In this document: positions 6,241 to 11,385 of the stretch, piece by piece
How positions within the stretch are numbered: the stretch's first letter is position 1
How the letters are laid out: each line of letters opens with the position of its first letter
Source: a virus
Length of the DNA stretch: 11,385 bases
UHGV virus genome: UHGV-0346646
Direction: 5' to 3' (one strand)
The notes under the pieces: generated by a model
The model's input: the letters and a program-made list of their open reading frames with translations, nothing else
Databases searched by the model: none
Told to the model about the DNA's origin: nothing
Made by a program: the position numbers and the translations under genes

Positions 6241-6675
6241 TTACTGTTCTGTATCGGCTGATTGCTCCATGCTGGCACGGCGAACGCTTACGGCATGACG
6301 CCACCCAGCCAGAAAGCCAGCCATTTTATTTCGTGCCTTGCTCACATCTTCCGGTGAATAGCCGTAAATCTGCAAACCTTCATCAAATCGATGTTCTGTT
6401 TCTTCACTGGAGTACTCGTCACGCTCAGATGAAAGCAGCCTGGCAAACATAATTTTTTCCAGCGCACTGGTTTCTACGTGATATCTGATGGCCTCAAGAC
6501 GGCTTTTACCTGAAGACCAAAGCAATGTATGCCCGATGTGATAACCGCCAGACTTTCCGCGATCCGCATTAAGATACGGCATCCCCTGTTTGGTCCATGC
6601 GCGAATAGTGGTTCTGTTAACCTTGAAATGTTCAGCTATTTCCTGCTGACTTACAAAACAAGCTTTATCAATCAT
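6241..6675 (-). CDS. lambda Nu1-like small terminase-type protein (N-terminal winged-HTH DNA-binding domain), 144 aa
   Basis: ATG at 6675. N-terminus VSQQEIAEHFKVNRTTIRAWTKQGMPYLNADRGKSGGYHIGHTLLW aligns by eye with lambda Nu1 KKQLADIFGASIRTIQNWQEQGMPVLRGGGKGNEVLYDSAAVIKW. Shorter than Nu1 (181 aa). Lies about 90 bp downstream (minus strand) of cosN copy 2. Confidence 0.7.
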   Translation of the reverse strand: MIDKACFVSQQEIAEHFKVNRTTIRAWTKQGMPYLNADRGKSGGYHIGHTLLWSSGKSRLEAIRYHVETSALEKIMFARLLSSERDEYSSEETEHRFDEGLQIYGYSPEDVSKARNKMAGFLAGWRHAVSVRRASMEQSADTEQ

Positions 6676-6744
6676 AATGTTACCTTAACTGCATGGTTAA
6701 ATATTAATCAAGTGGTGGTGGTGTCACCTTCACGGAAAAACGTC

Positions 6745-6807
6745 ATAAATAGCGAAAACCCGCGAGGTCGCCGCCCCGTAACGGGCCATAATTCCAGGAA
6801 GGACCCG
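6745..6807 (-). other. lambda-type cos site, copy 2, inverted relative to copy 1 (cohesive-end sequence at 6765-6776 read on the minus strand)
   Basis: Reverse complement reads cgggtccttcctggaattatggcccgttacgGGGCGGCGACCTcgcgggttttcgctatttatg; 47 bp are identical to copy 1 and about 70 bp match with two mismatches. Confidence 0.75.
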
Positions 6808-6808
6808 T

Positions 6809-6830
6809 AAAAAAGCCGGATTTCTCCGGC
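6809..6830 (-). terminator. rho-independent terminator ending the capsid operon
   Basis: Minus-strand hairpin GCCGGA-GAAA-TCCGGC followed by TTTTTT, just after the stop at 6837. Confidence 0.65.
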
Positions 6831-6836
6831 CTTGTC

Positions 6837-7250
6837 TCAGATGGTTTTCAGTATGCGATCGATGTCGCCGTCATCGCCCTGGTTTCTGCCATCGTATGCC
6901 ATGCCAGCTGATACGGCTTGCGGGCTGTGCATGTCCATAAAGTTTTCAAAGGCTGCGGTAAGCTCTGGTGCAACCTTTGGGCGCTCCTGCTCTATGGTCA
7001 TGTTCAGGATTTCACGAGCATTATCGACGCTAATACATGGCACGTTTGCCATTGCACGTAACAGCGGCTGATAGTCTTTATGCTCATGAAGCGCCATAAT
7101 CGCATCAGCGCGCGGCTTGTCCTGCTCTTCCAGTTTGTTTAGTTGATATACGGCCTCATAGGTTGATAAACCTCTGTCAGCCATTGCCCGCGCTTCGGCT
7201 TTAAATTTACTCGCCAGCGGTAGCGTCATGATGCTTTCATTCGTTGCCAT
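6837..7250 (-). CDS. hypothetical protein (137 aa), last gene of the capsid operon; possible scaffold-like or capsid accessory protein (speculative)
   Basis: ATG at 7250 with GGGGG 5 nt upstream; predicted helix-rich and acidic. Function not recognised. Confidence 0.55.
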   Translation of the reverse strand: MATNESIMTLPLASKFKAEARAMADRGLSTYEAVYQLNKLEEQDKPRADAIMALHEHKDYQPLLRAMANVPCISVDNAREILNMTIEQERPKVAPELTAAFENFMDMHSPQAVSAGMAYDGRNQGDDGDIDRILKTI

Positions 7251-7262
7251 CGTTCCCCCTGC

Positions 7263-7598
7263 TTATCGGGCCAGCGGCTGAACGGATACGCCGGAACCCG
7301 CAAAGGCGGCGCATTTTTTCGCATCGGTGTCGACGCTCTCAGGCCAGTTAACGGCGGCAATATTGAATATCCCCGTCTTGTAACACTGTGCTGATTTCTG
7401 CTTTGACGTGTCCACAGGGTACGAGGTCAGATAAACAGCCTTGCCAGATTCCTGACCATCCCACGGCTTAAACTCGCCATTGTCCGCCAGCATCAGCGGG
7501 GTAAATTCCTGAATAACGCCAGCATCAGCGGCAAAATGTACCAGCGTCGTGGCGACCTGCTGACTGCCTGCAAATAACTCAATGTATGGAGTGTCCAT
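7263..7598 (-). CDS. head decoration protein, lambda gpD family
   Basis: TPLMLADNGEFKPWDG…YKTGIFNIAAVNWPES…AKKCAAFAGSGVSV aligns by eye with lambda gpD TPLMLDTSSRKLVAWDG…YKSGTFRYEDVLWPEA…TKKRTAFAGTAISI. Similar length (111 vs 110 aa). GGGGG Shine-Dalgarno. Confidence 0.8.
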   Translation of the reverse strand: MDTPYIELFAGSQQVATTLVHFAADAGVIQEFTPLMLADNGEFKPWDGQESGKAVYLTSYPVDTSKQKSAQCYKTGIFNIAAVNWPESVDTDAKKCAAFAGSGVSVQPLAR

Positions 7599-7609
7599 AG
7601 AATCCCCCG

Positions 7610-8665
7610 TTAACCAATTTTGACGGTAACAAATTTGCGAATATCTGCCGGAACCGGCTGCGGTGCGCTGTGCGTCTGCACGTACTCAATCGCCGGATCG
7701 CCGTCCTCAATCCAGTTTTTCGGGTAAAACATGTTTTGCGTTGCGCCCGTTCTTACTGCGTCCTGATCCATAATCGCACCATAGGCCACCAGCCCTTTAT
7801 TGTTGGTGTTGCCCAGGACAAGCAAATCAGGCTCAAGGAAATATTTTTCTGTGCCGTCGCTGTCAGTGTATTTGCCGGAATAGACGATAAGGGCAATATC
7901 GCCCAGATAGCCTTTAAAGCTCACCACTTCGCCCAGGTTTTTACAGGCCAGCTCTGCGGCGGACTCTGAACCACGGGAAAGATCGTACAGCTCACGGAAT
8001 TTTTTAAAGCTGCGTAACGTTCGCCATACCTCAGCGCCCATAATCATGACGTTTGCGGGGCAACCAGCCTGATCGGCGTATAGTTCGATATCATAGATTG
8101 GATCGTGGGTTTCTTTGTCCTGCTCTGACCATTTTTTCCCGTCGGCCTGCTCTATGATGTTTTTTTCCGGTATCTTCCAGTCGATTTCATAGCGCTCTAT
8201 GCCTTCGCCTTCAATGATGTTTTTTCCGGTCGTTACCGCATTTACCGCCAGCCATTCCACGCGCGCTTTTATGGCGTTTATCTGGCGGCGCATATTGCCA
8301 GTAATCAGGCGCATACGGCGATAGGTAGGGTCGTTAAGCTGTGCCGGATCTTCTCCAGCCATGCGCATGATGGTTTTCGTTGGATCGATTTCGTGCTTTG
8401 GCTTCATGTAGCCAGGTTTAATCGTGCTGGTTTCGTACCCTTTATCGCGCTGAACCTGGCTACCCACCATAGGCGAACAAAACGCCGACATGGTGACTTC
8501 TTCAATGTCCAGGGTATCCAGCATGATGTTTTGCGTGCTGAATGTCGCCACGTTCGGGAAAAACAGCGTGGTAAACAGCGGACTGAATTTAAATTCCGCA
8601 ATATCCCCGCGATTCAGGTACGCAAAAAGCTGGTTAGTGTTAAGTGCCATTGCTTTTACTGTCAT
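7610..8665 (-). CDS. major capsid protein, lambda gpE family
   Basis: 351 aa with FKFSPLFTTLFF, PGYMKPKHE, DPTYRRMR, SFKGYLGDIALIVYSG, YPKNW and GDPAIE motifs matching lambda gpE (FKFDPLFLRLFF, PGYVKPKHE, DPAYRRRR, SYKGMYGDVAIVVYSG, YPKNW, GDPARE) at the same relative positions. Confidence 0.9.
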   Translation of the reverse strand: MTVKAMALNTNQLFAYLNRGDIAEFKFSPLFTTLFFPNVATFSTQNIMLDTLDIEEVTMSAFCSPMVGSQVQRDKGYETSTIKPGYMKPKHEIDPTKTIMRMAGEDPAQLNDPTYRRMRLITGNMRRQINAIKARVEWLAVNAVTTGKNIIEGEGIERYEIDWKIPEKNIIEQADGKKWSEQDKETHDPIYDIELYADQAGCPANVMIMGAEVWRTLRSFKKFRELYDLSRGSESAAELACKNLGEVVSFKGYLGDIALIVYSGKYTDSDGTEKYFLEPDLLVLGNTNNKGLVAYGAIMDQDAVRTGATQNMFYPKNWIEDGDPAIEYVQTHSAPQPVPADIRKFVTVKIG

Positions 8666-8871
8666 TATTCACCCCCGTGAACCTGATTCATACCCAGCGC
8701 CGCGCGTAAATAGGCGCGTACCTGCCAGCCTGTTGACGGCTCAACCATCGCCAGCGGATCAAGTCCTGCCGCAATGCCTGCTTTTACGTTCTGCTGGTGG
8801 CGTTCCTTGAGCGCCTTCACGATGTCGGGGCTTATGTACACCGAAACACCGCCTTTTTTCTCTTCAGCCAT
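8665..8871 (-). CDS. hypothetical protein (68 aa), first gene of the capsid operon
   Basis: ATG at 8871; stop overlaps the capsid gene start by 1 nt (TAATG). Shine-Dalgarno spacing is long (AGAGGA ~12 nt upstream), so the start is uncertain. Confidence 0.45.
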   Translation of the reverse strand: MAEEKKGGVSVYISPDIVKALKERHQQNVKAGIAAGLDPLAMVEPSTGWQVRAYLRAALGMNQVHGGE

Positions 8872-8904
8872 AGTAAGAAATTCCTCTTTGACTTAAAAAA
8901 TCAT

Positions 8905-8953
8905 AACTGGATGTTCATCCAGCTCTGATTATAATCATGATTGCATTTTGTGC
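8905..8953 (-). promoter_or_regulatory. predicted capsid-operon promoter with overlapping palindromes
   Basis: Minus strand: -35 TTGCAC (8953-8948), 16-bp spacer, -10 TATAAT (8931-8926) inside the palindrome GATTATAATC. The perfect inverted repeat CTGGATG-TT-CATCCAG (8905-8920) lies at about +1 to +16. Confidence 0.4.
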
Positions 8954-9036
8954 AATGATGTTGAGTTGCGTTGCAAATTATGAAATGATTATCCCGATCA
9001 TGTGTGTCAGTGCACCAAAAAGCCTCATATGCAAAA

Positions 9037-9073
9037 GCCCGATAAGCCACCTCTGACCTTATCGGGCTTTTTT
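9037..9073. terminator. orphan terminator-like hairpin in the 415-bp intergenic region
   Basis: GCCCGATAAG - 11-nt loop - CTTATCGGGC followed by TTTTTT on the plus strand (AAAA precedes it). No obvious plus-strand gene upstream. Confidence 0.35.
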
Positions 9074-9248
9074 ATCTGCCTGCAAAGATGTCGAACGAAA
9101 ATTAACCACAACCATCATCTTTTTTGCATCAAAACAATTAAAAACAATAAATTACGCTCATGATGATGATGACGATAAAATCACAAAAATGCGCTTTTTT
9201 CCGCGCCTCCCGCCCCGTGTTCAGGCCCACCCCGCCAGGAGGACCCGT

Positions 9249-9271
9249 AAAAAAGCCGGATTGCTCCGGCT
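9249..9271 (-). terminator. rho-independent terminator after the SSB gene
   Basis: Minus-strand hairpin AGCCGGA-GCAA-TCCGGCT followed by TTTTTT. Sequence is near-identical to the terminator module at 6791-6840. Confidence 0.6.
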
Positions 9272-9286
9272 TCTGTCTCTCGTCGC

Positions 9287-9709
9287 TTAAAACGGTATGT
9301 TATCCCCGTACGGATCATCATTCCCCGCCTGTTGTTTTGCCCTGTTCAGCGCGTCAGTAGCCTGGCCCTGTTGACCTTTTTTGCCGCCCAGTCGCGCCGT
9401 TCGCGCACTGATTACACTGTCTGCGATAACCTGCCAGCCCTGCCGCGTTTCTCCGTTCTGCCCAGTCCACTGGCTGATCTGCATGTTACCCGCCACGCTC
9501 AGGAGTTCACCCTTGCGGTGCCTTTCCAGTGCTTCGGCCTGTCTGCCAAATGCCAGGACGGATAACCACATCGTCGCCGTTCCGTCATCTGCCTGGCTGC
9601 ACGGAAGGGGGACCGCCATACGCGCCAGCGTCATCGGTGTGCCCTTGCTGGTCTGTTTTACCTGCGGGTCGTCCACCAGCCGCCCGTAAGCTGCTATCTG
9701 TGCTGTCAT
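9287..9709 (-). CDS. ssb: single-stranded DNA-binding protein (SSB, OB-fold)
   Basis: Aligns by eye with E. coli SSB: G.L..DP.V, W..V..FG..AE, RKG, W.G..G..R. C-terminal acidic tail ends NDDPYGDNIPF (compare SSB …DFDDDIPF). GAGGTGG Shine-Dalgarno. Confidence 0.75.
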   Translation of the reverse strand: MTAQIAAYGRLVDDPQVKQTSKGTPMTLARMAVPLPCSQADDGTATMWLSVLAFGRQAEALERHRKGELLSVAGNMQISQWTGQNGETRQGWQVIADSVISARTARLGGKKGQQGQATDALNRAKQQAGNDDPYGDNIPF

Positions 9710-9765
9710 GATTCCACCTCTCCGGTTTTAACGTTGATGGTTGTTACCTGTTCCGCTTCGGCAAT

Positions 9766-9984
9766 CTACCGCTCTGTCAGCGTGGCAAAATTTGCCGCCG
9801 TCGTGGTCATGAATGCGCTTATCAGTTCGGGATGTGCTTTCGCGTATCCTTCCCCCGCGTGGCGGTCTATCGTTCTGATTGCCACCTTTAAAGCGTGCTC
9901 TGTCATGTCTAACGCGCGATATTTCGGTTCTGTTCTGTCTCTGCGTTTTTTGAGTGATTTATTAAATTTCCCTGAAGTGTGCAT
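9766..9984 (-). CDS. hypothetical small protein (72 aa or shorter from an internal Met)
   Basis: ORF between the origin and ssb; the Shine-Dalgarno is poorly placed, so the start is uncertain. Confidence 0.4.
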   Translation of the reverse strand: MHTSGKFNKSLKKRRDRTEPKYRALDMTEHALKVAIRTIDRHAGEGYAKAHPELISAFMTTTAANFATLTER

Positions 9985-10033
9985 ATTTATTTTTACCCCC
10001 TCGTTTAAAAAGTTTTGAGTTGTGCCTCCCCTT

Positions 10034-10259
10034 GTCTACCTTATCTACCTTAGTGGCCCTCATGCCAGTAATGGCGCGGCTTTCAGCGGGGTAGAGTGCT
10101 TTTATCCACTATCTACCCCGTGTCTACCTCCCTGTCTGATTCAGGTAAAATCAGGTAGAGAGGGTAGATAGTGGGTAGACAGTAAAAAAAGGCTATCTAC
10201 CTAACTTAATGCACTGAATTAAATGTATTTTTCTTTACTCAGGTAGACAGGGTAGACAG
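10034..10259. repeat. iteron cluster, putative replication origin (about 11 copies of GGTAGA(C/G/T)AG in both orientations)
   Basis: TCTACC at 10035, 10044, 10112, 10123 and 10196; GGTAGA at 10089, 10154, 10163, 10174, 10242 and 10251. Immediately downstream of the primase/helicase stop at 10273. Confidence 0.7.
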
Positions 10260-10272
10260 CAATTACAAAAAA

Positions 10273-11385
10273 TTATAAAAACGCGTCGCACTCGTCTGTT
10301 GTTATTGCGTTAGTCTGCGTTACCCCCTTAACTTTCCGCGTAATATATTCATGTCCGTAAACTTTTGCGGCAGGCTTCATAGCCTTTCCAAAGTCATTTA
10401 CGTTTAGCGGTTTGCTCCTGCCTGCGTATGCCATAAACGCCAGATAGACGCGGTAAAGGCTGTTCCTGGTCGTGTACTTCACTGAATCGCCACCGCCCCC
10501 CATCATCAGGCCGCGCGCTTCCTCCAGAAAATTCAGGAACTGGCAAAACTCAATAACCGGATCCGTCTGTTGCTTTATTGCCAGTGCTTCATCACCGTCA
10601 CGCTGTTCCAGTAGTAAAGCCCGTGCCTTCTCAGGGTCGGTAAAGTTCGCCAGCAATCGGCGGATAATGACAGGGATTTCAGCCGCGATCTTTTCCGGTA
10701 GCTCCCTGTCTTTTTCGGCCTCACTGACGATATTGTCGAAACGGAAAATCACGCGACGACGTGCCACACCTCCGGCCCGTTCGGTGAATATCATCGGGTT
10801 ATTGTTGGTCGCCAGCACCACCGCCCTGATTACAGCCGTGAAACGCTTTTCGTATTTCGGGTTAATTTCCACGGGGTCACCGCCCGTGATTTTCTTGATG
10901 CCCGTTCCTTCGCCTGTATATTTCGGCTGGTCAGCCAGGACGATAAGACGACTCCCGACAACCTGCGCACGTCCACCAGCATCATCAAGCGATGTCATTT
11001 CAGCGCTTACCGTGTTCTGTTTCCCTGCCAGAAGGCTGGCTATGTGCGTGAATGTACTTTTACCGCTCCCGCCGTCTCCGGTGGCCTCAATAAACATCTG
11101 CCAGTCGTACCGGTTCGCCATAATCATGTACAGCGCGGCACATATACGCATCATCTTGCGCGGGTCTTTTCCGGCTGCGTGCTCAAGCCATTTATGAAAG
11201 TTTGGCGCGTTATCGCGGATGTTCTCCCCTGGTGCTGGTGGCGTGTACTCAATGCCGTTGTGCGTGGTGATCCAGTTCTCCGGCGTGTGCGGGGAAAATC
11301 CCCCCGTTTTCAGGTCAAGCGCACCATTGGCGAACGGCAGCAAATCGCCGGACGGCTCGCCCATTGGTTCGGCAATAACTTTTAA
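10273..11385 (-). CDS. P4-family phage/plasmid primase C-terminal region with D5_N-like and SF3 helicase (P-loop) domains; 3-prime part only (start lies beyond window end)
   Basis: Walker A GDGGSGKST; upstream D5_N-like LLPFANGALDLKTGGFSPHTPENWIT; Walker B-like LIVLADQ. The frame is open upstream of the first in-window Met to position 11385, so the gene starts outside the window. Confidence 0.85.
   Translation of the reverse strand, partial: LKVIAEPMGEPSGDLLPFANGALDLKTGGFSPHTPENWITTHNGIEYTPPAPGENIRDNAPNFHKWLEHAAGKDPRKMMRICAALYMIMANRYDWQMFIEATGDGGSGKSTFTHIASLLAGKQNTVSAEMTSLDDAGGRAQVVGSRLIVLADQPKYTGEGTGIKKITGGDPVEINPKYEKRFTAVIRAVVLATNNNPMIFTERAGGVARRRVIFRFDNIVSEAEKDRELPEKIAAEIPVIIRRLLANFTDPEKARALLLEQRDGDEALAIKQQTDPVIEFCQFLNFLEEARGLMMGGGGDSVKYTTRNSLYRVYLAFMAYAGRSKPLNVNDFGKAMKPAAKVYGHEYITRKVKGVTQTNAITTDECDAFL

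Noticed and set aside
5680-6810. Track ORFs 5680..6159 (long form) and 6529..6810
   Set aside because: Both owe their length to translating through the cos copies (shared peptide …RGRRPVTGHNSRKDP comes from the inverted repeat). The internal ATG at 5961 with a strong Shine-Dalgarno is the credible start for the first; the second is antisense to the Nu1-like gene.
5995-6817. Idea that inverting the segment between the cos copies would restore a canonical cosN-cosB-terS arrangement
   Set aside because: Working through the geometry, the arrangement is symmetric: either orientation leaves the Nu1-like gene antiparallel to the cosB-like repeats. Inversion remains possible but does not yield a lambda-like layout.
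6837-8871. P4-type capsid-size module (Sid/Delta/Psu)
   Set aside because: None of the operon proteins resembles P4 Sid, Delta or Psu as far as I can recall; the recognisable genes are lambda gpE/gpD-like.
8905-8920. LexA (SOS) box
   Set aside because: The palindrome has CTG-N10-CAG spacing but carries G/C where LexA boxes have the conserved T/A of CTGT…ACAG, and its centre is not AT-rich.
10472-11385. Plus-strand track ORFs 10472..11197 and 11044..11385
   Set aside because: Antisense to the primase/helicase gene, which has clear Walker motifs; Ser/Pro/Arg-rich junk composition.
1-11385. CRISPR array, rRNA, IS element or transposase
   Set aside because: No regularly spaced identical repeats with unique spacers, no rRNA-like conserved stretches, and no transposase-like ORF or terminal inverted repeats bracketing a gene were seen.

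Overview
The window reads as phage-satellite-like mobile DNA, with almost every gene on the minus strand. Right part (about 5250-11385): the 3-prime portion of a P4-family primase/SF3-helicase gene, an iteron-type origin directly downstream of it, an SSB gene, and a capsid operon encoding lambda gpE-like major capsid and gpD-like decoration proteins. No portal, large terminase or prohead protease is visible in this module. It also holds a lambda Nu1-like small-terminase-type gene flanked by two inverted copies of a lambda-type cosN (cohesive-end sequence GGGCGGCGACCT); one copy carries an R3-I1-R2-R1-like set of cosB repeats. Middle (4973-5700): a repeat-rich non-coding junction. Left part (1-4970): a P4-type tyrosine integrase, an AlpA-family regulator, a BRO-N-like fragment, a divergent promoter region with a ribbon-helix-helix gene and tandem terminators, and a translationally coupled operon of small hypothetical genes that runs off the window. 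No rRNA, tRNA, CRISPR array or IS element was recognised. The most likely reading is two tandemly integrated PICI/P4-like satellites (or one composite element), the right one being a lambdoid-helper-dependent satellite that carries its own capsid shell genes and its own cos/packaging-specificity module. All homology statements come from remembered protein and DNA sequences and by-eye motif matching; no database search was run.
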